A DNA stretch of 64,000 nucleotides from a plasmid: sequence record NZ_CP090789.1, one strand, 5' to 3'. The position numbers and the translations under genes are program-made. Positions 47,268 through 57,607 of the stretch are shown one piece after another. The first letter of the stretch is position 1. Every line of letters starts with the position of its first letter. The notes beneath the pieces are model-generated. The model worked only from the letters and a program-made list of their open reading frames with translations, did no database searches and had not been told where the DNA came from.

Positions 47268-47885
47268 GTGAAATTTGCGAGCTCACCCATGGCTGCCCGT
47301 ATTCTACGGCAACAATGGCGCTGCGGCGCGTCCTTACGCGTCGCGGTCGCGTCCGTTTTGTTACAAGTTGTACCCGCGCACGCTGATTGTCTAGACGACG
47401 CGGCGGCGTACCACCGCGTCAATCCATTGCTGCTCCGGTCAATCGCGGCGGTTGAGTCCGGCTTCAACCCATCGGCATTGAACGTCAACAGCAACGGGTC
47501 GACGGACCTCGGTCTGATGCAGGTCAATTCGTGGTGGTTGCCGAAACTCGCACCGTATGGAATTACGCGGAACGATCTGCTCGACGCGTGCAAATCCGCC
47601 TACATCGGGGCGTGGATTCTCTCCCAAAACATCGCAAAGCTGGGTCTGACATGGACGGCCGTTGGCGCGTATAACGCCGTCACGCCCGCAAAACGGATGC
47701 GCTATGCGCGTCGCGTGTACGACAAGCTCACTCAACTTTCTCAAGACACTGCCAGCCCTGGCCGTGTCCCGCCTGTAACGCAACAAACTCGTGCCCGGAT
47801 TCAGGCGGCTTCGCCGCGCGCGTGCTCAACGCGCGCGGCATTTTCTATTCCAGAGTGCAACCAGCAAAGTGAGGTCATGCAATGA
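47268..47885 (+). CDS. Lytic transglycosylase (SLT domain; R64 PilT-like or VirB1-like)
   Basis: The motif AAVESGFNPSALNVNSNGSTDLGLMQVNS carries the catalytic Glu and the Ser/Thr of family 1 lytic transglycosylases. A signal peptide is present. Confidence 0.75.
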   Translation: MKFASSPMAARILRQQWRCGASLRVAVASVLLQVVPAHADCLDDAAAYHRVNPLLLRSIAAVESGFNPSALNVNSNGSTDLGLMQVNSWWLPKLAPYGITRNDLLDACKSAYIGAWILSQNIAKLGLTWTAVGAYNAVTPAKRMRYARRVYDKLTQLSQDTASPGRVPPVTQQTRARIQAASPRACSTRAAFSIPECNQQSEVMQ

Positions 47886-48391
47886 CTAGAGGTGCGATGG
47901 CCGGGCGCGCCGTGTTGCTTTCGCTATCGACGCTCGCGCTGAGTGCATGCGGCGCGCCAGCTTATCACTCGATCGGCCTGCAGGATGCGTCGATCCCAGC
48001 AACAGAAGTTGTCGTGGTCGACGATGCCTATTTCAAGCCTCTGAAGAATAAGCGACGTGCTGCGACGTCCGTTGAAGTGAACTCCGGCGTAGCCGTGGCC
48101 GCGGCAGGGAGCCCGCAAGGTTTCGAGCTCAAGGCAACGGACCGAACCCTCGCTGTTGCACTTAAGCGGTGGGTGGAAGGCGAAGGCGGGACGCTGCGCT
48201 GGGAGAGCCCGATCGAAGTGCCGATTACGGCCGATAGCCGTGTGCCCGGTGACTTGCCGAACGCATTGTCTACGGTACTGCACGCAATGACGGACGCCGG
48301 ATATCCGTTGACCGTTGCACAAGTCTCCGGACGAAAGGTTTGGATAGTCCTTGACGCGCCGAGCGACGAACCGAAGAAGGAGAAGAAATGA
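47882..48391 (+). CDS. Pilus lipoprotein with a TcpQ-like domain (PilL-like)
   Basis: LSAC lipobox. The C-terminal LKRWVEGEGGTLRWESP block is similar to TcpQ/PilL. Confidence 0.5.
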   Translation: MTRGAMAGRAVLLSLSTLALSACGAPAYHSIGLQDASIPATEVVVVDDAYFKPLKNKRRAATSVEVNSGVAVAAAGSPQGFELKATDRTLAVALKRWVEGEGGTLRWESPIEVPITADSRVPGDLPNALSTVLHAMTDAGYPLTVAQVSGRKVWIVLDAPSDEPKKEKK

Positions 48392-48876
48392 ATTCAGCCA
48401 GTAAAAGCCTCACAGTTTTCTTCGGAGTCCTTTCTTGGTCTGCGGCCGTTGCTGCGGTTGAAGTCGGTGGTGCAGGCCCGAGCAGCGTTGTGCATATCGC
48501 GCCGTATAGGGGCGCTGTGGTGCGCGGTGCTGAGCTAAGCGCTCAGACCCATGGCGTTTCGACGACGACATCGACCGCGCCTATTGAGGAACCGACCGTT
48601 GTTGCGACACCCGACAAAGGCATCGAAGCGTTTGCCCTGGTGGCTGGGAAGTCGATTCAATCCCAGCTTCAATCGTGGGCTGTGCGTGCGGGATGGACGG
48701 TTGTTTGGGATGTACAGCAAGACTGGATCGTACCGAACGCCGCGACTTTTGCCGGCGATTTTGTTTCGGCTGCACAACAGGTCGTCGAAGCCCTCGCGTC
48801 GAACGGTGCAGATGTCCGTGCTGATCTCTACACCGGAAATCGGTCGATGGTGGTTCATCAAGCGGGGAATGAATAA
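48388..48876 (+). CDS. Second TcpQ-like domain protein
   Basis: Signal peptide. The motif LQSWAVRAGWTVVWDVQQDWIVP parallels that of the preceding gene. Confidence 0.45.
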   Translation: MNSASKSLTVFFGVLSWSAAVAAVEVGGAGPSSVVHIAPYRGAVVRGAELSAQTHGVSTTTSTAPIEEPTVVATPDKGIEAFALVAGKSIQSQLQSWAVRAGWTVVWDVQQDWIVPNAATFAGDFVSAAQQVVEALASNGADVRADLYTGNRSMVVHQAGNE

Positions 48877-50519
48877 TGGGCGCAAGCACTTTGTCACGAG
48901 TAACGGTCGCAGTGACGGTCCTATCGACCGTCCTTTCTGGCTGCGGCTTGCAGCAGATCACACATTTACAGGAATCGATCGCCGACGAAGCGAAGGATCA
49001 GGCGGCGTCCAAACCGGCAGCGCGCACGGTCGTGCGGGTTCACGGTTCTTCGTGGTTGATGGGGGAAGAGATCCGCGCAAGCAAGCCGCAGCCAGCGATC
49101 TACGAGACCGACATCGTCTTTAATCGTCCCGTTAGATCGCTTCAGGACGTCGCTGATTGGATCAGCAGCCGCGTTGGCGTGCGAGCGGTTGTCGACCAGT
49201 CCGCGCTTACTGTGACGCCGGCGGTTCCTATATCGACTAGCCCAGCGAACTCTGCTGCGTCGGGCATTATGCCGCCGCTGCCCCCTGGCATGCCGATTGG
49301 TGGGGCGCCTATTACGCCGATGACCGGTACGGCAACCGGCCCGCTGGATGGAGGGCGCGAGTTCCGATACAGGGGCCCTTTGAAAGGTCTGTTGGACCGG
49401 GTCGCAACTGCATACGGAGTGTGGTTCAACTACCGCGATGGCGTCGTGACGTTCTATCGAACCGAGACCCGGACTTTCGACGTGTCGAGCCTCAATGAGG
49501 GTTCGACTATGAATGGCTCGATAACGACACAGGATTCCTCTGCCGTCGGTGGATCCAACACCCTCGCGACGTCGAGCGTGGGAGGTTCAAGTAGCGGCCA
49601 GACGATGACGCTGTCGGCGTCCGTGAAGCCGTGGGATACCATCGAAGCGACCGCGAAATCGATCGCGGGTCCGGGCGCAGAGGTTCACTCTGACCGAGAA
49701 CTCGGCGTTATCACCGTAACCGGAACGCCACCGCAATGTGATCGGCTCGATCGCTGGATCAAAGACCTCAACGCTCGATTCTCAAAGCAGATCGCGATCG
49801 ACGTCCACGTATACGAAGTGCATCGCGCCGAGAACGAGAACTACGGCGCCAATCTTGCACTCGCTTACAAGCCAGGCAGCGGGCACACTGGTATCAGCTT
49901 TACTGGCGCGTCGGTTCCGAAGGTATCTGGCGCTGCATCGGCCATGTCCCTCGGCGCTACGATTCTCAGTGGGCCGCTCGCTGGGTCAAACGCAGCGATC
50001 CAAGCGCTCTCTTCCCTGGGCAATGTATCTCAGGTTGTGCAGCGGTCTGGTGTCACGCTGAATGGTAAGACGTTGAATCTTCAGGCCTCGACCAATCAAG
50101 ACTACGTCAATCAAACACAGAGCACCCTAGCAGCGAACGTCGGAGCGACGAGCGGCACTCAAACTGCAACAGTGACGCCTGGATTCACGGGCGCGTTTCT
50201 GCCGAGTTTTAAGGACGGAAAAATCTACGTGGTATTCGACATGACGATGTCGAACCTCACAGCACTCGAGCCATATCCACCGAACCCGAAAGAGAACCAG
50301 GCAGCCGTGCAGCTGCGCACGCTACAACAGTCTCGATTCCAGCAATCCATCTCGTTGAAATCGGGCGAGTCGCTCGTGATCACCGGGATGTACCAACAAA
50401 CCGCCAGCGTCAACAAGAACGGCGTCGGGGCGCCCTCGTTTCCGTTGCTAGGAGGGGGCGTCGACGCGCAAAAGAAGGACACGATTCTCGCGATCGTTAT
50501 CTCCGCACGACTCCTGTGA
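48876..50519 (+). CDS. pilN: Type IVb pilus secretin lipoprotein (PilN family)
   Basis: LSGC lipobox and a C-terminal secretin domain ending ILAIVISARLL. 547 aa. Confidence 0.8.
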   Translation: MGASTLSRVTVAVTVLSTVLSGCGLQQITHLQESIADEAKDQAASKPAARTVVRVHGSSWLMGEEIRASKPQPAIYETDIVFNRPVRSLQDVADWISSRVGVRAVVDQSALTVTPAVPISTSPANSAASGIMPPLPPGMPIGGAPITPMTGTATGPLDGGREFRYRGPLKGLLDRVATAYGVWFNYRDGVVTFYRTETRTFDVSSLNEGSTMNGSITTQDSSAVGGSNTLATSSVGGSSSGQTMTLSASVKPWDTIEATAKSIAGPGAEVHSDRELGVITVTGTPPQCDRLDRWIKDLNARFSKQIAIDVHVYEVHRAENENYGANLALAYKPGSGHTGISFTGASVPKVSGAASAMSLGATILSGPLAGSNAAIQALSSLGNVSQVVQRSGVTLNGKTLNLQASTNQDYVNQTQSTLAANVGATSGTQTATVTPGFTGAFLPSFKDGKIYVVFDMTMSNLTALEPYPPNPKENQAAVQLRTLQQSRFQQSISLKSGESLVITGMYQQTASVNKNGVGAPSFPLLGGGVDAQKKDTILAIVISARLL

Positions 50520-51103
50520 GGCCGACGATGAAATTCGCTCAAAGCTTTGCCATGCCAATCTTCGCAATCGTCGCGAGCCTTTCAGCTCATGCCGGCCCCG
50601 CTGCGGCCCCTATCGCGCCGTCGACAGTTGTGAAGCCTGCAGCGCAACCAGATGCGCAAATGCCAGGCGCGATCAAGGGTGGACAACCGCTAGATGTAGC
50701 CGAGTCAGATGGGGCGCGACTTGCGTCGATCCAGAGGCGGATTCCGATCCTTGAAGCCGAGAAGCGCATCGCCGAGCTCGAGAAAGCTATACGCGACGCC
50801 AACGCCTCTACTGGACTCACCGCTATCCCGGCCGGCGTGCCGGCGCCTGTGGGCGGGCCTCCTGGCTTCAATCGTGTTCCATCGAATCCGCCTATGGAAC
50901 TCGATAGTGGCTTTGTGGAAGTCAAAGGCATCGACTCATACAACGGGAAGTTTTGCGCCACGCTGGCGGCCGCAGGCCGCGTCGACGATGTGCATGTGGG
51001 AGACACGTTCGCCGGATGGCGTGTGGTGAAAATCACGGCCGCGGACGTCACGGTTACTCGGCGACGAGCTGGGAAAACCGAAACTCGCGTGGTGAGGCTT
51101 TAA
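50516..51103 (+). CDS. Periplasmic pilus biogenesis protein (PilP/PilO-like), Pro-rich
   Basis: Signal peptide and a Pro/Ala-rich linker. Overlapping ATGA coupling with the secretin gene. Confidence 0.45.
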   Translation: MRPTMKFAQSFAMPIFAIVASLSAHAGPAAAPIAPSTVVKPAAQPDAQMPGAIKGGQPLDVAESDGARLASIQRRIPILEAEKRIAELEKAIRDANASTGLTAIPAGVPAPVGGPPGFNRVPSNPPMELDSGFVEVKGIDSYNGKFCATLAAAGRVDDVHVGDTFAGWRVVKITAADVTVTRRRAGKTETRVVRL

Positions 51104-51104
51104 C

Positions 51105-51821
51105 GTGCTCGAGATAATCTCGCTTCCGGAGGTCCGGAAACCTTTCGTGATCGGTCTAATTTGGCGCTATGAAGAGCATGCGCCTTCGCTGGGTGTGCTC
51201 CGAAAACTCGCCGAATCTGACGGCGCTTGGGGGATCGTACGCAAAAGCGCACATGGCGTTGTGCAGGTCGGACAGGGGGAGCCAATCCCAGGGTGTAAGG
51301 CGGGCGAGTTTCGTTCGCTCGCCGCGACGATTGCCGACGCACATCCCCAGCCATGGGTCGGGCGCTATGCGCTCGGCGATGGCCGCGAGTGGCTCGTGGC
51401 AGTTCATGATGAGCACGGAATCTTGCCTGACGGCGACCGAGTCGGTACGCCGGAGGAGATTGACGAGGCAATCCACGGGTTCGGTTCCGAAAGCGAATGG
51501 AATCAGGTTAGTGGGGGAATCGACGATCTCGTTGATCTGGTCCGGGGCGCTCGCAAAACGCCTGCTCTGCAGGATCTTACGGTAGGGCCGTGGCGTCGCT
51601 GGGGTGTCCCGGCGGCCTGCCTTTCATTAGTTGCGGTAGTAGGAGCGGTAGGCGCGATCGTGCACGCCCGTCAGGTAAGGCTCGACGAGCAGGAGCGAAC
51701 TGCAAGCATCCGGGCGTTCAACCAGAGGCAAGCGGTGGCCGCACAAGCTGCTCGTGCTGCATCACCGTGGGCACACGACGCAGGTGCGAATACGGTGATC
51801 CGTACGTGCGGCGATCGATAG
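51105..51821 (+). CDS. Pilus biogenesis membrane protein (PilO-like); ends at an in-frame TAG, with the next ORF in the same frame
   Basis: Transmembrane segment near aa 170-195. The reading frame continues after the TAG at 51819-51821. Confidence 0.45.
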   Translation: MLEIISLPEVRKPFVIGLIWRYEEHAPSLGVLRKLAESDGAWGIVRKSAHGVVQVGQGEPIPGCKAGEFRSLAATIADAHPQPWVGRYALGDGREWLVAVHDEHGILPDGDRVGTPEEIDEAIHGFGSESEWNQVSGGIDDLVDLVRGARKTPALQDLTVGPWRRWGVPAACLSLVAVVGAVGAIVHARQVRLDEQERTASIRAFNQRQAVAAQAARAASPWAHDAGANTVIRTCGDR

Positions 51822-51851
51822 GACAGTCAACGCTTCGAACGTGATGGCTGG

Positions 51852-52343
51852 TTGATATCGAGTTGGAGCTGTGAAGTGCATGCCAGGAAAGTGAGCGTGA
51901 ACGTTGGCTGGAATAGGGCCGGCGGCCTCGCTGCCGATGCGCCTGGATCGCTCGAAGCTGGTGGCGAGCGCTCGGTCGAGACCATCGATGGCCCTTCATT
52001 GCCGGCCGCCGCCGCTGGGAATGCACTAATTGAATCCGAAGCCCGCCGCGCAATCTGGACCTTCGCGCAAAAGTACGGTCTGAAGCTGGTATTGACTGGC
52101 GGTGGGATGCCGAAACTTCCAGGTTCGTCCGTAGCAGACGATGCCGCTCCGATGTGGGGAGTTACTACCGTTACTTTCCAGACATCAGCTCCGCCATGGA
52201 TGCTCGGAGCGGACTTCGACGAAGTTCCGGCACTTCGTGTGCAATCGATATCGTTCGATTTCCAAAAACAAATGTGGCACATCGAGGCTGATATGTACCA
52301 CTCGATCCACGCAGTAACAGCCGGCACAAGGGCGAGAAAATGA
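51852..52343 (+). CDS. Pilus biogenesis protein. Either the continuation of the 51105 ORF past an in-frame TAG, or a separate gene starting at GTG ~51888 after an AGGAAA RBS
   Basis: Same frame as the upstream ORF, and its stop overlaps the ATPase start (ATGA). Confidence 0.4.
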   Translation: MISSWSCEVHARKVSVNVGWNRAGGLAADAPGSLEAGGERSVETIDGPSLPAAAAGNALIESEARRAIWTFAQKYGLKLVLTGGGMPKLPGSSVADDAAPMWGVTTVTFQTSAPPWMLGADFDEVPALRVQSISFDFQKQMWHIEADMYHSIHAVTAGTRARK

Positions 52344-54214
52344 GCGAGGGAATTGTACGTGCCGCCGTTGCGTTGGGAGAGAGCGCACGCCAGATTGAGC
52401 CATTGCGTCGCGACGGGGAATCCAGGGTCCACTCAGCGCTGCGTGCGCGGCAACAATCCACCGATTCGGGTGACGACAGGGCGAGTCTTGGGATGGTCGA
52501 ATTTCCGGAGCCGCCGACGCCGATTAAGCCCCAGGTTTTGTACTCGCGGCATATCGGAAAGGGATTTGCCGACGCCGTTGTTGCGCTCGGAATGATGCCT
52601 GCAAAACAGTTGGTTCAAGGGGAAACGCGCGCAGCAGAGACAGGTCGAACGTTGGAGGAGGTGCTTGTCGAGTCAGGACGGTTGACGGTGGAGCAGGTCC
52701 GTGACGTTCATCAGGCAATCTCGCGCGACCTGTTCGTGGACCAACGGCTCAAGTTCAACCCGGCATTCCTCACATGGACGCGAGACCTGAAGCGCGCGGG
52801 CATTGACGCTCGCGTTGAGTATGTTTCGGCCGAACGGCTTGCCGCACTCCGCGATGCAAACGGGGGCGAGGTAGCAGGACCAGTGGCGAACGATCAGCGG
52901 ACGTTGCAACGGACTCGGCAACTCTTTGCATCGCTCGCTGCCATGGGCATCAACGACCTCGCGATCACTACTAGGAAGCAACATACCGAGATCCAAGTTC
53001 GGTATAGAGGCGACATTATGGATGTCGTCGATTCCCACCTAAGTATGGATCGCGCCAGCGGCGAAGAAATGATTCGGTGCATTTGCACCGGGTTGTCGAC
53101 GTCATTCGATTCCTACTACAAGCCGACCGAGTTTCAGAACGGACAGATCGACGGAGCAGTGTTCGGCGACGTCGGGATGGACAGCGTGCGCTTTATTCGA
53201 GGCCCGGCCTGGCCCGACGGCGTGGGTGGCTTCCTTAGAGCGCGCCTTCAGTATTCCGAGCATGAGTCCACGCGGCGAGCGGGAAGGGTCGACACTCGCC
53301 CGTTGAAGCTCCGTGTTCCTGCAAAGCCGGACGGCGAGCCGCAGTTTGCGAAGATGGGGTTCACGGCGCGCCAGATTAGCTTGATCGACGAGATCCTCTG
53401 GAAGCCAATGGGGCTGTTTATCGTGCTCGGTCCCACGAACAGCGGCAAGACGACGACGATCCACGAGCTGCTTAAGCATCAGAAGCGGCTATTCCCGGCA
53501 ACCAGTCAGATCGCGATTGAGAACCCGACGGAACTGCCGATGCCCTGGGCGCTACAGCTAACCACCGACGACTTTGTTGAGTACGTGGCGCACGCCCTCC
53601 GCATGGATCCGGACACGATCGTGGTTGGTGAGATTAGACGGTCCCCTGAGGCGCTTGCCGCGATGCATGCTGGGCGAACCGGCCACTTCGTCGTCTCGAC
53701 GCTGCACGAGAACGATCCATTCGGTCTGATCGATCGACTTGAGGGGCTTGATGTCGAGGAGTTGCCGCGACGGGTAACGTGTGCGCCGGGCCTGCTCGCT
53801 GGCTTCATGGGCCAACGTGTCGTGCCGATCTTGTGCCCGACGTGCCGGCGCCCGCTCAATCCCAGTCATGACCTGCCGCCTCATATTGCGAAGGCGTTGC
53901 CGAGCTGGGGCGATACCTCATTAATGAACGTTCGGGGGCCGGGTTGCGAGACGTGCGACGGCAGTGGCGTCATCGACCGGCGCGCCGTTGCGGAAATAGT
54001 AGTCGCCACCCCTCAGTTGCTCGACGATCTGCGCGTGCACGGGTCCGCAATTGCCGCTAAGAATCATCGCGCCCGGCCGGGTTCCGATCTGTCCATGCTC
54101 GAGAACGCGATGAAGCTGGTCACCGACGGAGTTGTGAGCCCGATCGACGTTCACAGAAATGTGGCCGAGATCGTTGAGATTGCACAAGTGCGGGGGCCAC
54201 GTGAAGAAAGTTAA
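52340..54214 (+). CDS. pilQ: Type IVb pilus assembly ATPase (GspE/PilB family; PilQ-like)
   Basis: Walker A GPTNSGKTTT, Asp/His boxes, and the tetracysteine CPTC...CETCDGSG. Confidence 0.85.
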   Translation: MSEGIVRAAVALGESARQIEPLRRDGESRVHSALRARQQSTDSGDDRASLGMVEFPEPPTPIKPQVLYSRHIGKGFADAVVALGMMPAKQLVQGETRAAETGRTLEEVLVESGRLTVEQVRDVHQAISRDLFVDQRLKFNPAFLTWTRDLKRAGIDARVEYVSAERLAALRDANGGEVAGPVANDQRTLQRTRQLFASLAAMGINDLAITTRKQHTEIQVRYRGDIMDVVDSHLSMDRASGEEMIRCICTGLSTSFDSYYKPTEFQNGQIDGAVFGDVGMDSVRFIRGPAWPDGVGGFLRARLQYSEHESTRRAGRVDTRPLKLRVPAKPDGEPQFAKMGFTARQISLIDEILWKPMGLFIVLGPTNSGKTTTIHELLKHQKRLFPATSQIAIENPTELPMPWALQLTTDDFVEYVAHALRMDPDTIVVGEIRRSPEALAAMHAGRTGHFVVSTLHENDPFGLIDRLEGLDVEELPRRVTCAPGLLAGFMGQRVVPILCPTCRRPLNPSHDLPPHIAKALPSWGDTSLMNVRGPGCETCDGSGVIDRRAVAEIVVATPQLLDDLRVHGSAIAAKNHRARPGSDLSMLENAMKLVTDGVVSPIDVHRNVAEIVEIAQVRGPREES

Positions 54215-55301
54215 ATTGCCCTGGCGGCATCGCCAGAAGATTTACGACATCGCCGAAGGCCTGCTCGGAGATAGTGAAAAGGGGGCGAAGGGAGAGAAGA
54301 AGTTAGTCGACATCCTCACGGACTATCGGAAGAGCTTATTGCAACGCGACGCAAGTAGCAGGCTTCGGCGCATTCTTAGGGTCAACAGTAGGGCCGCTAC
54401 TGCGGTCGGTCAAGTCGAGAAAGCAGTGCGCGGCGGGCGCTCTTTCACGGTTGCAATGGGCACATCGCTTAGCCCGATGGAGCGGACAATCATCGGATCC
54501 GGTGAACGATCGAGCATGCTTCCGAGCGCGATGCGAATGGTGCTCGAGCTCCAGCAGATGCTTGGCGACATCAGGTGGCAATTCGTATCGAGCATGTCCC
54601 AGCCGGTCGTGTACGTGCTCGCGATTTATGGATTTCTGCTTGTCCTGGGTGGTTTCGTCGTGCCGCAGTACGAGATGTTCTATCCCTCCGAAAAATGGAC
54701 AGGCTGGGCTGCCGTGATGCTCGGCCTCTCGAAAGTCGCTACTGGCTGGGCGCCACTTGCCGCATTAGTGGTGTTCGTGGTGGCACTTGTGACAATCGTT
54801 TGGGCTCTGCCGCGCTGGACAGGTAGGGGCCGTGTCTTCGCCGACAAATACGTCTTTCCGTTTAATTCATATCGGTATGTCAGCGAGACGGCTTGGCTCC
54901 TGACGTTTGCCGTGCTGCTTAAGTCGGGGGTCATCGACAAGAGCGCGCTTTCGGAACAGATGCAGTTTGGGTCGCCTTGGCTTGCGTCTCGGCTGAAACC
55001 GATCCGTGACGGAATCGTAGGCGGCAAATCGCTTGCAAACGCCATGCAGGGAGCGAAGACGGGGTTTCCCGCGTTCGACCTTGTCGAGGCAATCAGATCG
55101 CGTGAGGACTCGGATGAATTCGCAGAAAGGATTGAGGCTGTCGCGCGCAAGGAAATGGTGCGTATGCGGCGCCGCTTCATTGCTACGAGCGTCATGTGGG
55201 GCGCGGTGCTTTTCGTCGTGTTGATAGGGGTTGTGTTCGTTTTGCAGCTCGGTGTGAACGACCTTACTACCGAAAGCGCGACAGCTGTTGGGTCTTTTTA
55301 A
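54201..55301 (+). CDS. pilR: Inner-membrane platform protein (GspF/TadB/PilR family)
   Basis: Polytopic protein. The start is uncertain: GTG 54201 after a GGGGG RBS, or TTG 54216. The track's 54159 start overlaps the ATPase gene. Confidence 0.65.
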   Translation: MKKVKLPWRHRQKIYDIAEGLLGDSEKGAKGEKKLVDILTDYRKSLLQRDASSRLRRILRVNSRAATAVGQVEKAVRGGRSFTVAMGTSLSPMERTIIGSGERSSMLPSAMRMVLELQQMLGDIRWQFVSSMSQPVVYVLAIYGFLLVLGGFVVPQYEMFYPSEKWTGWAAVMLGLSKVATGWAPLAALVVFVVALVTIVWALPRWTGRGRVFADKYVFPFNSYRYVSETAWLLTFAVLLKSGVIDKSALSEQMQFGSPWLASRLKPIRDGIVGGKSLANAMQGAKTGFPAFDLVEAIRSREDSDEFAERIEAVARKEMVRMRRRFIATSVMWGAVLFVVLIGVVFVLQLGVNDLTTESATAVGSF

Positions 55302-55326
55302 TCCTTCAAAAGAAGAGGTATGAATC

Positions 55327-55830
55327 ATGGATGCAATTCTCGCTAGATTGGCATACATAGCACTGGGTCTTCTCGCACTCGCGGGTGTGGGCGTGGCAAG
55401 CGTATCCGCGTTCTCCGCGAACAAGGCGTCGCAAATGGTGACGGATGTCTCGCATCTCATCACGAACGCGCGATCAGGCTTCGCGCAGAACGGTAATGGC
55501 TATACCAATTTCACGACGGCAAATGTGCCGGACATGATCGACTCGCGCATCGTGCCGTCGAATATGGTCCGGAATGGCGCGACAGTGGTAGACGTATGGG
55601 GTAACTCCATCACCTTTGCAAGCGCAAATAATGGAGCGCAAGGCCTCCTCACGTTTGGCGGTGGCGGCTCCGAAACAAAGGACCAGTGCGCGGCGGTGGT
55701 CGCCGGGATGAAGGATTACGTTTCTCTCGCGGTGGCGGGCACGACATTCACTCCGGCCAATCCGCCTGACAAAGTGACGGCGTCGAAAGCGTGCACCGAC
55801 AGCGCTGCCATTGTCGTCACTATTCAATAG
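55327..55830 (+). CDS. Type IVb prepilin-like protein (PilS-like)
   Basis: Hydrophobic N-terminal segment LARLAYIALGLLALAGVGV and a C-terminal Cys pair. 167 aa. Confidence 0.5.
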   Translation: MDAILARLAYIALGLLALAGVGVASVSAFSANKASQMVTDVSHLITNARSGFAQNGNGYTNFTTANVPDMIDSRIVPSNMVRNGATVVDVWGNSITFASANNGAQGLLTFGGGGSETKDQCAAVVAGMKDYVSLAVAGTTFTPANPPDKVTASKACTDSAAIVVTIQ

Positions 55831-55846
55831 CGCGTAGGGGGCCTGC

Positions 55847-56329
55847 GTGGGGTACGCACTATTTCCGCTAGTCATCCTGATGGTCTTCGCGGGGCTCATC
55901 GCTCAGGCGGGCGGACTTGCAATGAGTACGCTCGGCGCTGGCCCGGTCGGACTTGCGGAGACGAACGCAGATGTTGCTGCGGACCGCGCCGTCTCATACG
56001 CCGACGCTTGCGTTCGCACCGCGATCGCGAATCCCGGACTTACCGGTGAGTCCATCGTGACGCAGCTTCCGCTCGGAGTGATCGCGCCGCACGGAGCCGT
56101 TTGCAAGATTGACGCGGCTCCAAATGGCGGGCGTGTCGTGTACGCCTGGGCACCGGTTGTTCCTGGCGCGATCGAAAAAATTCGCGCAGTTACGGATGCG
56201 GGCGAGACGTGGTTCGTGATTTCGACGGCGCCAGGGGTGGCAAGCGGAATCGTCGACGGGGCAACGCATACCGTCCCGGCCGCGGTTCCGTTTCGGAGCG
56301 TGCTGTATCAGGCGGAGGTTAGGCCCTAA
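55847..56329 (+). CDS. Pilus-associated hypothetical protein with an N-terminal pilin-like hydrophobic segment
   Basis: MGYALFPLVILMVFAGLIAQAGG followed by two Cys. 160 aa. Confidence 0.4.
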   Translation: MGYALFPLVILMVFAGLIAQAGGLAMSTLGAGPVGLAETNADVAADRAVSYADACVRTAIANPGLTGESIVTQLPLGVIAPHGAVCKIDAAPNGGRVVYAWAPVVPGAIEKIRAVTDAGETWFVISTAPGVASGIVDGATHTVPAAVPFRSVLYQAEVRP

Positions 56330-56332
56330 ACC

Positions 56333-57607
56333 ATGGAAGCAATCCTCGGAATTCTTGTCGCGCTCGCTCTCTCGACTATGAGTGTCGGCGGCCTATTGAC
56401 TTGGTCGGCACAAGGGGCGGCTAGCGTGAAGAGCGCCGTCGCGGCGGGGCAACAGCGGCAGATCAACAAAGCGGCGGAGCAGTACATAAAGGACTTCGGT
56501 GCGACCTTGATCCAGACGGCCACCGCGGGCGCGCCACTCATCATAACGCCGGCGATGCTGCGGAACTCTGGCTACTTGCAGCAGGGAGTCGCCGACACGA
56601 ACGCGTTCAGGCAAAGCTGGGTACTACAGGTAAAGCAGCCGTCACCCGGCCAGCTGCAGGCGATCGTTACGTCTGAAAACGGTGACGCGATCGAGGCGAA
56701 GCAACTGGTGCAAGTAGCAGCCCAAACGGGCGCGCAGGGCGGCTTCATCCCCTACACGCGCCAGATGGGGGATGCGACGATGGATGCGAATACTGCAGTC
56801 GGCACCTACGGCGGATGGCGCATCGCAATGGCGGGATGGCGCAATCCAGGTAGTGGGCATCTCGCTTCCCTCTTGAGCTTTGGCGGAGCCGCCGGAGTTG
56901 GGAACGGCTACCTGTATCGCGTCAGCGTTCCAAATCGGCCGGACCTGAACACCATGCAGACAGCCTTAGGCATGGGCGGGAACGACATCAACAACGCAGG
57001 GACGATCAATGGAAACCGGGCGAAGTTCGGGGGCCGAATTGCGACCAACGGTATGAATCCCGACGACATGCCGGCCGGATGGGCAGGCGGTGTTCGCACG
57101 GGTGACGTATATGCGGGCGGAACCATTGCAGCTGGCAATGGAGGGGCAACACCGGCTGGCATGAACGTTAACGGGGATATGTGGGCGGATCGACTGACCT
57201 TCAACACCTCTGCATCCTGCTCATGGAACCAAATCACAGTGCGCGATAACAACCAGGCATTCGTATGCAATCGCACGGGCCAATGGGTGCCGATCAGCAA
57301 TTTGGTGGGAAACCTGACGACAACCGGTCAGTACGCTGGCTACTACAACGGATGGGGCGTGACACCACCGTCGTGCGGGCCCGGCGGGAGCGCGTGGTTT
57401 TCGATCACGCCGGTCACCACGGCTGTCGAATTTGCGAACCATAACCCACCGATCTCTGGCGCCGTGTATCAGATGGGTTGGAACGGTAGCCAGTGGGTCT
57501 TGCAAATCTTCGACGTATTGGCGGACGGTAACCGTACCCGAATCAACGACGAGCTCGGTCTCCAGGCGGACATCCGCGTCGGCTGCAGCTTTGGCAATGG
57601 AGCTTGA
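56333..57607 (+). CDS. Minor pilin/tip adhesin (PilV-like), Gly/Asn-rich
   Basis: Prepilin-like N-terminus MEAILGILVALALSTM and 424 aa. The position matches pilV of R64-type clusters. No shufflon repeats or rci recombinase are visible. Confidence 0.5.
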   Translation: MEAILGILVALALSTMSVGGLLTWSAQGAASVKSAVAAGQQRQINKAAEQYIKDFGATLIQTATAGAPLIITPAMLRNSGYLQQGVADTNAFRQSWVLQVKQPSPGQLQAIVTSENGDAIEAKQLVQVAAQTGAQGGFIPYTRQMGDATMDANTAVGTYGGWRIAMAGWRNPGSGHLASLLSFGGAAGVGNGYLYRVSVPNRPDLNTMQTALGMGGNDINNAGTINGNRAKFGGRIATNGMNPDDMPAGWAGGVRTGDVYAGGTIAAGNGGATPAGMNVNGDMWADRLTFNTSASCSWNQITVRDNNQAFVCNRTGQWVPISNLVGNLTTTGQYAGYYNGWGVTPPSCGPGGSAWFSITPVTTAVEFANHNPPISGAVYQMGWNGSQWVLQIFDVLADGNRTRINDELGLQADIRVGCSFGNGA

